From the NCBI GenBank assembly GCA_964511175.1, contig CAZEEI010000002.1, positions 2,063-66,062 on the forward strand: a DNA stretch of 64,000 bases, written 5' to 3'. Under the pieces are notes generated by a model, which ran no database searches, was not told the origin of the DNA, and worked only from the letters and a program-made list of their open reading frames with translations. Made by a program: the position numbers and the translations under genes. Positions 1 to 9,398 of the stretch are shown one piece after another. The stretch's first letter is position 1. The number at the start of each line of letters is the position of its first letter. This stretch comes from an uncultured Pseudomonadales bacterium (lineage in GTDB: Bacteria > Patescibacteriota > Microgenomatia > UBA1400 > UBA1396).

Positions 1-732
1 GGCTGGATTCAACAAGCCTTGAGTCAAGGCGCGAGTCATAATCCACTGGTGGCGTAGTTCAAAAGCGAGTTGCGGTAGTAGGGTAATCCCCACCGCCACC
101 GCCGAACCTAGCCAGTCCCTGATCTGCCAGCGCTGCCGTAGCCAGGGTATCAAGAGAAATAAGACCGGAACAAAGAAAATAGCGTAGGCAAACTCAGCCT
201 GTAAAGCCAAAGCTAGCCAAAAGAACCCTAACCAGAGCCAAATTGAACGGCGGCGGGCTTGCCAAAAGGAAAGGAAGGCTAAAGTCATTAGCGGCAGAGT
301 CAGCATTGGATTCCAAACCATCGTACTGCCGGAGATACTGCCAGGCACCAGACTGAGTAAGTAGGCCGTCACCATAGCTAGACGACGAGAGCTGAACAAA
401 CGGTGGCTCAGATACCAAAACAACGGCAAAGCTAAACTGGCTAAACCGATATACCACAGACTAATCCCATACGGACTGCCATTACTTAAGACGTATCCTG
501 GTATGCCCACGTAGTACCAAAGTGGACCTAGGAAAAAGCCGGGTAAGCCACTGGTGGGGCCGGTCAGGACTAAGTCACCACCCACAATTTTAGCCAACAC
601 AAACGCATCCCGACCCTGATCCCAAGTAAAAAAGAGAAAATTACGGTAATTCCAAAAACGAGCCAGTAGGCCAATCAGCAAATAAAGGATAAATGCCCGG
701 TAATGCGACCACCATTTGCCAAGACGCAACAT
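1..732 (-). CDS. GT-C fold (ArnT/PMT-like) membrane glycosyltransferase, partial (runs off window start)
   Basis: Not in ORF track. Manual translation from ATG at 732 gives MLRLGKWWSHY...FTWDQGRDAF...TGPTSGLPGFFLGPLWYY, open to position 1, with many TM segments. Same DQGRD...GP...FLGPLxYY motif as 20521..22107. Confidence 0.8.
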   Translation of the reverse strand, partial: MLRLGKWWSHYRAFILYLLIGLLARFWNYRNFLFFTWDQGRDAFVLAKIVGGDLVLTGPTSGLPGFFLGPLWYYVGIPGYVLSNGSPYGISLWYIGLASLALPLFWYLSHRLFSSRRLAMVTAYLLSLVPGSISGSTMVWNPMLTLPLMTLAFLSFWQARRRSIWLWLGFFWLALALQAEFAYAIFFVPVLFLLIPWLRQRWQIRDWLGSAVAVGITLLPQLAFELRHQWIMTRALTQGLLNPA

Positions 733-771
733 GAGCGCATTGTCCTTGTTTTTGTCAGCTAACACAAGTAT

Positions 772-2922
772 TTATTCGGCTAAACGAGCGATCGTATCCC
801 GCAGGCGCGCGGCCAATTCAAAGTTCCAGGCTTTTGCCGCCTGGTTCATGGCTCGTCCCAACTGCCGCGCCAGCCGCTGTTTGTCGGCTGGTGTCATGGC
901 GGCCGAATCTAAATCTTCTAGGTAAATCGATTCTTGTCGCGAGAGTTTGATTTCGGTTTTACCCTGACTGGATAACTTGGTTTTTTCCCAGCCGATTCCT
1001 GAATGACGTTCGCGTACGCCGAAACTGGTTTCCTGGTCAGTTCGTTTAATTAGTTGGGCTCGCACCGGCTTATTAATGGTTTGGGCGGTGATGTGGTGTT
1101 CCTGGTTAAACTGCAACTGGATTTGCCGGCGGCGCGCCGTCTCTTCCATAGCGGTTTGCATCGAGCCGGTAAGGCGGTCGGCATACAAGATTACCTGCCC
1201 CTCCACGTGGCGCGCCGCCCGCCCCATGGTCTGGATTAAAGCCGGCGCCGAACGCAGAAAACCTTCTTGATCGGCATCTAAAATAGCCACCAAGGTAACT
1301 TCCGGCAGATCAAGTCCTTCCCGCAGCAGGTTAACGCCAATGAGGACATCGTAAACACCGGTACGCAAATCGGTTAAGATTTCCGAACGGGCTAAAGTTT
1401 CCACGTCCGAGTGCAGATACTGAACCTTGGGCAAGGTATCGCTGGCGGTATAGCCGTGACTAATCAACAATTGGTTCATCTTATCTTGGTCGTTCAAAAA
1501 TTCGGTGAGGGTTTCGGCCATCTTTTTAGTTAGGGTAGTGACCAGGACGCGTTGGCCTTTGGCTTTGCGTAAAACAATTTCGTGCAGCAGATCCGGGATT
1601 TGGCCGGTGATGGGTCGCACTTCCACCGGCGGATCAACCAGGCCGGTCGGGCGGACAATTTGTTCCACCACATGATGATTAGCTAGGGAGATTTCGTACT
1701 CATTGGGAGTAGCGGAAACGTAAATGGCGCGGTCTAGTCTCCCCATAAATTCGGCAAATTGCAGCGGTCGGTTGTCCAGGGCGGCCGGCAGACGGAAGCC
1801 GTACTCAATCAAAGTTTCTTTACGCGAACGGTCACCAGCATACATCCCGCGCACTTGAGGCAGCGTCATGTGACTTTCATCAACCACAGTCAAAAACTTA
1901 CCGCCGCTAAACTTGCGGGCGTTAAATTGAAAGTAATCCAACAGAGTGTAAGGTGGTGCACCTGGTTGACGGCCATCAAAATAGCGTGAATAGTTTTCGA
2001 TGCCGTTAACGAAACCCATTTCCCGAATCATATCGATATCGTGCAGGGTGCGTTGTTCCAAACGGTAAGCCTCAATAATTTTGCCCTGACTTTTTAGCTG
2101 AACCACCCGCTGTTGAAGGTCGGCCTCAATTTGTTGCAGTGCCATATTTTGGTCGCGGCCAGCAATATTGTGTTTAGCCGGGTAAATGACGTAGCGGTAG
2201 TGAGGATAGAGACTGGCGGGATGAGGCTCGGTCCAACGGTCGCCAGTGGTCGGATCAATGGGTTCGATGGCCACAATTTCGTCGCCAGGTATAGTAATAT
2301 TCAAGGCCCAGGCTTCACTGGCTGGCCAAAGTTGGATCCGGTCGCCACGCAAGCGGAAGGTTCCTCGTTTAAGATCAGTGGTGGTGCGGGTGTACTGCAT
2401 ATCGGTTAACCGCCGCAGCAGAGTTTGACGCGGCAATAGTTCGCCCGGAATTAGTTCTAAGGCGTGTTGCGCAAAACCGGTCGGATCGCCTAAGTTATAG
2501 ATACACGACACCGACGCCACCACGATGCAGTCTGGCCGGGTCAATAAATTAGCGGTCGCCGCCAGCCGCAGTTTATCGATTTCGTCGTTAATTTGGGATT
2601 CCTTTTCGATATAAGTGTCACTGCTGACTAAGTAAGCTTCCGGTTGGTAATAGTCGTAGTAGGAAACAAAGTAGTTAACGGCGTTATCAGGGAAAAAATC
2701 ACGAAACTCCTGGTAAAGTTGGGCGGCCAGCGTTTTGTTGTGGGCGATTACAAGAGTGGGTAGCTGGGTATTTTGAATAACATTGGCAATGGTGAAAGTT
2801 TTACCCGAACCGGTCACTCCCAGCAGAACCTGATGCGGCTGGTCAGTCAGGTTTTGGGTAAGTGCGGCGATGGCTTGAGATTGGTCGCCAGCGGGCTGAT
2901 AAGGTGATTTTAGGGTAAACAT
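772..2922 (-). CDS. uvrB: Excinuclease ABC subunit B
   Basis: GVTGSGKT Walker A, YYDYYQPEAY beta-hairpin, DESH, C-terminal UVR-like tail. Start taken at MFTLKSPYQPAGDQ (2922), downstream of a TATAAT. Confidence 0.97.
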   Translation of the reverse strand: MFTLKSPYQPAGDQSQAIAALTQNLTDQPHQVLLGVTGSGKTFTIANVIQNTQLPTLVIAHNKTLAAQLYQEFRDFFPDNAVNYFVSYYDYYQPEAYLVSSDTYIEKESQINDEIDKLRLAATANLLTRPDCIVVASVSCIYNLGDPTGFAQHALELIPGELLPRQTLLRRLTDMQYTRTTTDLKRGTFRLRGDRIQLWPASEAWALNITIPGDEIVAIEPIDPTTGDRWTEPHPASLYPHYRYVIYPAKHNIAGRDQNMALQQIEADLQQRVVQLKSQGKIIEAYRLEQRTLHDIDMIREMGFVNGIENYSRYFDGRQPGAPPYTLLDYFQFNARKFSGGKFLTVVDESHMTLPQVRGMYAGDRSRKETLIEYGFRLPAALDNRPLQFAEFMGRLDRAIYVSATPNEYEISLANHHVVEQIVRPTGLVDPPVEVRPITGQIPDLLHEIVLRKAKGQRVLVTTLTKKMAETLTEFLNDQDKMNQLLISHGYTASDTLPKVQYLHSDVETLARSEILTDLRTGVYDVLIGVNLLREGLDLPEVTLVAILDADQEGFLRSAPALIQTMGRAARHVEGQVILYADRLTGSMQTAMEETARRRQIQLQFNQEHHITAQTINKPVRAQLIKRTDQETSFGVRERHSGIGWEKTKLSSQGKTEIKLSRQESIYLEDLDSAAMTPADKQRLARQLGRAMNQAAKAWNFELAARLRDTIARLAE

Positions 2923-3010
2923 CGATCTGTTATTATACCGGAAAAATAAGGTTTTGCAGCTTTGCCAATTATGGGGAAGTAAGGGATTCATCAAAAGTCG
3001 ACTTTTTTGG

Positions 3011-3064
3011 TTTTGTACAAAATGAACCTCCAAGTTGTACAAAAATATAGTCAATTTGTACAAA
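3011..3064. promoter_or_regulatory. Three phased palindromes TTGTACAA (putative operator array)
   Basis: TTGTACAA at 3013, 3035 and 3056 (22 and 21 bp spacing) in the divergent intergenic region upstream of uvrB. Confidence 0.6.
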
Positions 3065-3088
3065 ATGCCGAAAAGCGGTTTTTGATAT

Positions 3089-3634
3089 ATGGTAGAAACA
3101 TATCAGGGCTTGACTAAAACGGAATATAGCCAGCAAACCAAGCGCTTTTCTTTTTCTGAAGTTAGTGCTAGGATTACGGGCTATATGAGTCAAACTGAAT
3201 CACGCGAAATGATTAAAATATTGTCCAAAAGTGTTTTTAATTGGGGTCCGGGATTAAGAACAACTTCTCTTCGAGATGGTCGCACCATTACGGTGCAAGA
3301 GCCGGAGGTGTTGCCTAAGGATGATGATCGGCTAGTTTTTCAGGTACTGTCCTTAATTTGCGACGCCTGTCCGTTATATGCCAGTCTCAGTTGCCGACCT
3401 TGACTCGAACGTGTGCCTGGCTCGGGTCATGTGTCTAGCATTAATACGCGGGAAGCCAACAATCTCGGCTGTCACCTACACAATATTTTTGTTCCGCAAG
3501 CAGAATTGGTGGCATTGTCTCAGGGAGAAAGAATTGATGACGCTCTGGAAGCTGCAGTACATGGTCTTCCCAGCATGGTGAACCGCCGTAAAGAGCGGGG
3601 TTTGTTGCCAGCTAATAAGGCCGATCGGGCCTAA
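3089..3634 (+). pseudogene. Cys/His-containing hypothetical ORF interrupted by one in-frame TGA (3401-3403); pseudogene or readthrough
   Basis: ORFs 3089..3403 and 3413..3634 share a frame and are separated only by TGA-CTC-GAA-CGT. Confidence 0.45.
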
Positions 3635-3719
3635 TTGTTATTTCCGATCATCTCTGATCGACTTAGTTCCCTAAAGTGCGAGTTTACAGGTGGGGTTTCT
3701 TTTGGGTATCGTAGGGTTA

Positions 3720-3735
3720 TTCGGGTAAGGTTCGC
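3720..3735 (+). promoter_or_regulatory. Putative direct-repeat LexA box TTCGG-N6-TTCGC
   Basis: Direct repeat 27 bp upstream of the lexA ATG; Patescibacteria LexA is reported to bind a direct-repeat motif. Confidence 0.55.
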
Positions 3736-3762
3736 CGTAAAAAAGGCGGAAGGAGTAAAACT

Positions 3763-4383
3763 ATGGCCGTAACACTATATCGTCGGCAAAGGCAGATCGT
3801 TGACTTTATTGCGCAGTACATTCAACTTAACAATTATTCGCCGACTTTACAGGAAATTGCGGACGCCTTAGGTGTTTCTTCTTTAGCCACCGTGCACGAA
3901 CATTTGCAGGCTTTGGAGAAAAAAGGAGTGATCCGCCGGGCGGACGGCGCCATTCGCGGCATTGAGTTGCTAGACCGTACTTTCTTGAAAATTACCGAAG
4001 GGATCGATTTACCGATTTTGGGTTACGTGGCCGCCGGCCGCCCGATTGAACCCTACACTGATCCCAATGCTACTTTTAAGGTTTCACCCCAATTAATTTC
4101 CGGCAAACGCCGCGCCTATGTTTTGCAGGTCAAGGGTGATTCGATGATTGAAGATGGTATTTTGGAAAACGATTACGTAGTCATTGAGGAACGAGAAGAT
4201 GTACGCGATGGTGACATCGTGGTGGCTCTCCTCGACAATGGTTTGGCCACCCTTAAGCGTTTCTTTAAAGAAGCAACACGGATCCGTTTGGAGCCAGCTA
4301 ACTCCCGCATGCAGCCAATCTTTGCCACCAATGTTAAGATTCAAGGTCAATGTGTGGGACTAATCCGGAAGTTTGCTAATTGA
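3763..4383 (+). CDS. lexA: SOS repressor LexA
   Basis: N-terminal wHTH (SPTLQEIADALG), VAAG cleavage site, GDSM serine and TLKR lysine of S24 peptidase, AAGGAG SD. Confidence 0.97.
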   Translation: MAVTLYRRQRQIVDFIAQYIQLNNYSPTLQEIADALGVSSLATVHEHLQALEKKGVIRRADGAIRGIELLDRTFLKITEGIDLPILGYVAAGRPIEPYTDPNATFKVSPQLISGKRRAYVLQVKGDSMIEDGILENDYVVIEEREDVRDGDIVVALLDNGLATLKRFFKEATRIRLEPANSRMQPIFATNVKIQGQCVGLIRKFAN

Positions 4384-5253
4384 GTGCAGTTTTAATTTTT
4401 TTAACCAAGTTAATTGCCGTTTAGCGTACTGTCTTTCTTGCTGAAACCAAAGTTCCTTGGCTTTAACCAGCGATATTTCTTGATTCAAATAACGGCATAA
4501 GAATTGGTAGCCAGTAGCGGAAAAGGCAGGCGTATTCCAATGGGGATAAGCAGTTATCAAGCGCTGGGTTTCCTCGAGTACACCCCGTTCGAGGCGCTGA
4601 TCAATGCGTTGCCTTAGGTTGGCCTCCAACTGGCTAGGTTCAACCGAATGCAAAATAAGTGAGTACTCATCTGGTTGGAAGAGTGGCGCAGGAACATTAA
4701 TCGGTTGATTAGCCGTTTCAATGGCGCGGATCAGCCGACGAGGATTATGTCGATCCGAATCATTTAATCTCGTGAATTTTTCGGGATTGAGTTGCTTTAA
4801 TTGGATTTGTAAAGAGGCTACATCCAGTAAGGCTAATTCTTGGCGTAACTTTTGATTAACTGGTTGGTAAAGAGTGGCCGGCGGGTCGATTAATACTTGG
4901 GCGTAAGGCCAAGCGCCACCAACCAGCACTAAGGGGTGCTGTTGATGACGGTGCTGTTCGATAATCGGCCGCGCCCAATCGTAGTAGTGACGGATCGAAA
5001 AAGCTTTATCCGGGTTAATGATATTCAGGCCGTAGAGGGCAGGCGCGGCCTTATTGGTTGGCGAACGCCAAACACCAGCCTGGTCTTGCTGGTAACTAGG
5101 AGGGATATCCTGACCGGTGCCAATGGCCATCCCGCGGTAAATTTGGCGCGAATCAAAAGATAGTATGTCCGCCTGTTTCTCCCGCGCTAAAACCAAAGCG
5201 CGGGTGGTTTTGCCGGTAGCTGTGGGGCCAAAAATGATCCAAGTGTGCCACAT
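4360..5253 (-). CDS. miaA: tRNA dimethylallyltransferase
   Basis: GPTATGKT, DSRQIYRGMAIGT, NPRRLIRAIE and RQYAKRQLTW motifs. Confidence 0.93.
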   Translation of the reverse strand: MWHTWIIFGPTATGKTTRALVLAREKQADILSFDSRQIYRGMAIGTGQDIPPSYQQDQAGVWRSPTNKAAPALYGLNIINPDKAFSIRHYYDWARPIIEQHRHQQHPLVLVGGAWPYAQVLIDPPATLYQPVNQKLRQELALLDVASLQIQLKQLNPEKFTRLNDSDRHNPRRLIRAIETANQPINVPAPLFQPDEYSLILHSVEPSQLEANLRQRIDQRLERGVLEETQRLITAYPHWNTPAFSATGYQFLCRYLNQEISLVKAKELWFQQERQYAKRQLTWLKKLKLHSISKLPD

Positions 5254-5262
5254 AACTTTTTA

Positions 5263-5934
5263 TTATACGGTGATAGCGTAGCCCAAACCGTAAATGGCAC
5301 TTAATCTGACATTCAAAAAGGTTAATTTGCGGCGTAGACGGCGGATGGAAACGTGGATTACGGTGCTGGTTGGTTCAATGCCCAGCCGCCAATAAAATGA
5401 CTGTATTTTTTCGTGCGAGGCATGACCATAACTGGAAAAGAAGAGATGGAGTAACTGCACCTCGCGCTGACTCAAATGAATCGTTTGTTGATCGCGGCAA
5501 AGAAACCGGTCAGCTTCATTTAACTTAAGACCGTTAAATACTATTTCATCACCACTGCGCCAAATACCGCGTCGTAGCAAAGCTTCCACGTGCGCGGCCA
5601 CTTCATGGGGATGTACTGGTTTAGGCAAGTAGGCATCGGCGCCGCTTTGCAAACCGCGTAATTTTTCCGCCAATGTATCTTTATGACTGGTAACGCAAAC
5701 TTTAGTTTCTGGTGTTTCGCGGCGAATAAAAGATAATAGTTCTAAGCCATCGCCATCTGGTAAGACCCGGTCAAGAATAATGACGTCGTAGGGTGCACGA
5801 CTTTCCGCTAAATGATTATAGGCACCAGCCAGAGTTGCGACTTGGTCAACCCGGTAATGGTGACGTAGAGAACGGGCCAAAGCGGTATTGAGTCGACTGT
5901 CATCTTCCACCAATAATAACCGCCCCGTACGCAT
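5263..5934 (-). CDS. OmpR/PhoB-family response regulator (no adjacent kinase)
   Basis: LLVEDD, IILDRVLPDGDG, GADAYLPKP, wHTH end VSIRRLRRKL...YGLGY. Start taken at MRTGR. Confidence 0.9.
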   Translation of the reverse strand: MRTGRLLLVEDDSRLNTALARSLRHHYRVDQVATLAGAYNHLAESRAPYDVIILDRVLPDGDGLELLSFIRRETPETKVCVTSHKDTLAEKLRGLQSGADAYLPKPVHPHEVAAHVEALLRRGIWRSGDEIVFNGLKLNEADRFLCRDQQTIHLSQREVQLLHLFFSSYGHASHEKIQSFYWRLGIEPTSTVIHVSIRRLRRKLTFLNVRLSAIYGLGYAITV

Positions 5935-5968
5935 AGTATGGATTATAAACCGAAAAATTACCGAATAG

Positions 5969-6223
5969 TTACCATTTGATCGGTAGTACCATTTCACCAT
6001 TGCGGTGCAACTGCAGATCTTCGCGGGCGCGCTTTTCTAAAGTAAAACTAGATGTAGCCGTGTGCACTTCTTCCGCAAGTTGATCTGCTTCCGATTCTAG
6101 TTGTTCAACCCGCTGTTGTTGCTGACTCAATTGCTGTCGTGACTGATAAGAAAGCCAGAGGGTACGGGTCAAAGAAGCGGCCAGAGCCGTAACGACTAGG
6201 AAAGAACCAATCTTGAGCCACAT
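5969..6223 (-). CDS. FtsB/DivIC-like septum formation initiator
   Basis: N-terminal TM helix, coiled coil, LEKRAREDLQLHRNGE motif. Confidence 0.75.
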   Translation of the reverse strand: MWLKIGSFLVVTALAASLTRTLWLSYQSRQQLSQQQQRVEQLESEADQLAEEVHTATSSFTLEKRAREDLQLHRNGEMVLPIKW

Positions 6224-6255
6224 AATTTTATTATAAGGTATAATACAACCCTAAC

Positions 6256-7116
6256 ATGTCATGGTCAGAATGCCAAACTAATTACCACGCTTGGTTGCGA
6301 GGTAAAGGAAAAGCCCAAGCCACGGTTATTGCTTACCAAAAGGATGTAGAGCAGTTCGTGGAGTATTTGTCGCGCCTGGGAAAATTAGAACCAACCCAGG
6401 TAGTGATGGAGGATTTTCAGAATTACCAACAGGAATTAACTACCCTGCGTTATACCGATAAATCTATTTCGCGCAAGCTTAATTCGCTAAAATCATTATT
6501 CCGTTATTTACAGGAAGCCGGTCTGGTTGCCGCCAACCCCATGCAGAAAATAAATCATCCTAAATATGAAGTATCTCTGCCACGCGTGCTCAGCCGCCTA
6601 GAGTACCGCGCCTTGCGGGATAGTTGTAAAAGCGATGTGCGGATGAGCACGATTATTGAGTTGTTACTGCAAACCGGCATTCGCATCAGTGAGTTGGCCG
6701 CTTTGCGGGCTGAAGATATTAGTTTAACTAAGAAAGAACTTTACATTGTCGCTCAAAACTCCCACGATTCGCGGGTGGTGCCACTCAACAAAGCTGCTGT
6801 CCAGGCAATTAATGCCTACAGCCAAGTGCGTCCCCGCACTGCGGAGCGCGCCTTTTTCTTGACGAAGAGTTGCCGGCCGTTTTTAGTGCGTAATATTCGC
6901 AGTGCCGTTGATCGCTACTTCCGTCTAGCTGGCGTTAAAGATGCAAAAATCAATGATTTACGTCATACTTTCATTGTCGAACAATTATTGGCCGGTACGC
7001 CTCTAACGACGGTGAGCCAAATTGTCGGGCACAAGCGTTTGTCGACTACCGAGCGATATTTACAGCTGATTGATTTGAAAACGATTGCCACGCCAATCGC
7101 CATTCGTGAACTTTAA
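6256..7116 (+). CDS. XerC/XerD-like tyrosine recombinase
   Basis: SAM-like N-domain (TVIAYQKD, SRKLNSLKSLFRYL), TGIRISEL, NDLRHTF, VGH...TTERY. Confidence 0.9.
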   Translation: MSWSECQTNYHAWLRGKGKAQATVIAYQKDVEQFVEYLSRLGKLEPTQVVMEDFQNYQQELTTLRYTDKSISRKLNSLKSLFRYLQEAGLVAANPMQKINHPKYEVSLPRVLSRLEYRALRDSCKSDVRMSTIIELLLQTGIRISELAALRAEDISLTKKELYIVAQNSHDSRVVPLNKAAVQAINAYSQVRPRTAERAFFLTKSCRPFLVRNIRSAVDRYFRLAGVKDAKINDLRHTFIVEQLLAGTPLTTVSQIVGHKRLSTTERYLQLIDLKTIATPIAIREL

Positions 7117-7133
7117 AAAAGGCCTTAAAATTT

Positions 7134-7481
7134 ATGAAATCATTGATTGAATTTACTGATTGGCAAAAGTTAGATATACGTTTGGGTTCAATATTGGCGG
7201 CCAGTAATCCGGAGTGGTCAAATAAGCTGATTGAATTGCGCGTTGATTTTGGCGAGGCAGGCGAGCGTACTATTTTTACCGGTCTGCGCGCCTGGTATGA
7301 GCCGGAGTTTTTAGTTGGCAAACAAGCCCTGTTCATTATCAATTTGCCGCCCCGCCCCATGGGACCAAGCGTTAGTGAGGGTATGTTGCTTTCGCTGGAT
7401 ACCAAGTCTGCTGATGGCAATTTGCGCCCCACTGTGTTATGGTTGGAAAACTTGGCACCGGCCGGTACACCGGTAGTTTGA
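7134..7481 (+). CDS. Stand-alone tRNA-binding OB domain (Trbp111/CsaA/MetG C-terminal-like)
   Basis: DWQKLDIRLG, KLIELRVDFG, ERTIFTGL, NLPPRPMG..SEGMLL. Confidence 0.85.
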   Translation: MKSLIEFTDWQKLDIRLGSILAASNPEWSNKLIELRVDFGEAGERTIFTGLRAWYEPEFLVGKQALFIINLPPRPMGPSVSEGMLLSLDTKSADGNLRPTVLWLENLAPAGTPVV

Positions 7482-7490
7482 GTATTTTTT

Positions 7491-9398
7491 ATGGCTGCAA
7501 AAGATAAAAACCAGAAACAGGATAAACCGGTGCGTCTACCGCAGCGGCGGGTGGAGCTGCAGATGACTTTCAATCCGCGCCGCAGCCTGATCTGGTTAAT
7601 AGTTTTACTGTTGTTTTTACCATTTTTAGTTAGTGTCTTTTTGGGATCAAAAGATAATAAAGTGCCGCTTTCAGCACTATTGGCCGACGTGCGCTCGGAA
7701 CAAATTCGAAAAGTAACAATTGAGAGTGACGATATCCAAATTGAGTATCGCGATGGTACCCGCAAAGTTTCTCACAAGGAAAGTAATCAGGATTTTGTTT
7801 CCTTATTAAGCGGAGTAGGGGTTGATCCCACTGCTGTTGAGATCGAAGTAAAGGGAATGACCGCTGCTAGTTTATTCTGGGAGTTTGTCATCAATTTTCT
7901 GCCGCTAGTTTTGATGGTCGCTTTCTTTTTCTTCCTTTTCCGCCAGGCGCGGGGGGCGCAGGGTGATATCATGGGTTTTGGCAAGAGCAAGGCTAAGTTT
8001 TTTATCAAAGGTAAGCAGGATGTTAAGTTTGCTGATGTGGGCGGCATGCGTGAGGCCAAGCAAGAGTTAGAGGAAGTAGTTGATTTTCTGCGTAATCCTA
8101 AGAAGTACCAAAAAGTGGGTGCACGAACACCTAAAGGCGCTCTGTTAATTGGTCCCTCCGGTACAGGTAAAACTTTATTAGCGCGCGCCGTCGCCGGTGA
8201 GGCGGGCGTGCCCTTTTTGTCGATTGCTGGTTCCGAATTTATGGAAATGTTGGTCGGAGTCGGCGCGGCGCGCGCCCGCGATTTATTCCAAACCGCTAAA
8301 AAAATGTCACCTTCGATTATCTTTATCGATGAAATCGATGCCATTGGCCGCATGCGTGGTCACGCCAATGGTGCTGGTGGTCACGACGAACGCGAACAAA
8401 CTCTTAACCAGATTTTAGTGGAAATGGATGGTTTTGCCCCCAATGATAATGTAATTGTTTTAGCAGCCACCAACCGCGGTGATTTACTCGATCCGGCTCT
8501 TACCCGCCCGGGGCGCTTTGACCGCCGGGTTACCGTGACTTTGCCGGATATTGAAGAGCGCAAGAAAGTGCTGGCGATTCACGCCCAAAATAAACCTTTT
8601 GTAGTCGGGGTGAACTGGGATTTGATTGCCAAGCGAACCGTCGGTTTTTCTGGCGCCGATCTGGAGAACATGTTGAATGAGGCGGCAATCTTGATTGCGC
8701 GGGAGGGTCGTGACCAAATTAACGCTAAGGATTTAGAAGAAGCGGCTCTGAAGGTAAAACTAGGTCCTTCCAAAAAGCGTCTGCAAAACGATTACGAACG
8801 CCGCATGACGGCTTACCATGAAGTTGGTCACGCTTTGGTGGCTCATTTTCTGCCCCACGCGGATCGGGTACACCGTATCTCTATTGTATCGCGCGGTCAG
8901 GCCTTAGGTTTTACCTTAACGCCACCCGAGGGTGACAAATATCAAGAAACCCGTTCGGAGTTTATGGCCGAGCTGTCAGTTTTGTTAGGTGGTCGCGAGG
9001 CAGAAGAACAGTTTTTTGGCGAACTTACCGGCGGCGCTGCCAGTGATATTAAGAAAGTTACCATGATTGCCCGAGCCATGGTGGTAGATTATGGGATGAG
9101 TCCTTTAGGTCCACTAAATTTTGGTCCCCAGTACGATTTAGATGATTATGGCCGAGCGGCTTTTGAGCCATACCAAATTTCCGACCAGCTGCGGGCGTCG
9201 GTGGATGCGGAAATGGCACGTTTGGTCAATGAGGCCGAACAAGTGACACGTCAGTTAATCAAAAAACATGCTAAGTTGGTGCACCGTGTTGTGGAACGAT
9301 TGTTAGCGGTAGAAACTTTGGAAGCCGAAGAGTTTGAAACCCTAATGGGTGTTCTTAAAGCCAAGCCGAAGGAAAACGGCCGTGACCACACTAATTGA
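7491..9398 (+). CDS. ftsH: ATP-dependent zinc metalloprotease FtsH
   Basis: Two TM helices, [32 protein letters not shown]. Confidence 0.98.
   Translation: MAAKDKNQKQDKPVRLPQRRVELQMTFNPRRSLIWLIVLLLFLPFLVSVFLGSKDNKVPLSALLADVRSEQIRKVTIESDDIQIEYRDGTRKVSHKESNQDFVSLLSGVGVDPTAVEIEVKGMTAASLFWEFVINFLPLVLMVAFFFFLFRQARGAQGDIMGFGKSKAKFFIKGKQDVKFADVGGMREAKQELEEVVDFLRNPKKYQKVGARTPKGALLIGPSGTGKTLLARAVAGEAGVPFLSIAGSEFMEMLVGVGAARARDLFQTAKKMSPSIIFIDEIDAIGRMRGHANGAGGHDEREQTLNQILVEMDGFAPNDNVIVLAATNRGDLLDPALTRPGRFDRRVTVTLPDIEERKKVLAIHAQNKPFVVGVNWDLIAKRTVGFSGADLENMLNEAAILIAREGRDQINAKDLEEAALKVKLGPSKKRLQNDYERRMTAYHEVGHALVAHFLPHADRVHRISIVSRGQALGFTLTPPEGDKYQETRSEFMAELSVLLGGREAEEQFFGELTGGAASDIKKVTMIARAMVVDYGMSPLGPLNFGPQYDLDDYGRAAFEPYQISDQLRASVDAEMARLVNEAEQVTRQLIKKHAKLVHRVVERLLAVETLEAEEFETLMGVLKAKPKENGRDHTN

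Noticed and set aside
2923-3063. 47-aa N-terminal extension of UvrB in the ORF track
   Set aside because: Homology starts at MFTLKS; the extension covers the promoter and palindrome array
3401-3403. Genome-wide UGA reassignment (code 4 or 25)
   Set aside because: lexA, ftsH, ugd, htpX and others end in TGA at their expected C-termini
5263-5934. Orphan response regulator as a novel signalling system
   Set aside because: The cognate kinase may lie outside the window; sequence is ordinary
6219-6245. dif-like site next to the Xer-like gene (CATAA...TTATA)
   Set aside because: Spacer is 5 rather than 6 bp; explained by a minus-strand ATG plus back-to-back -10 boxes
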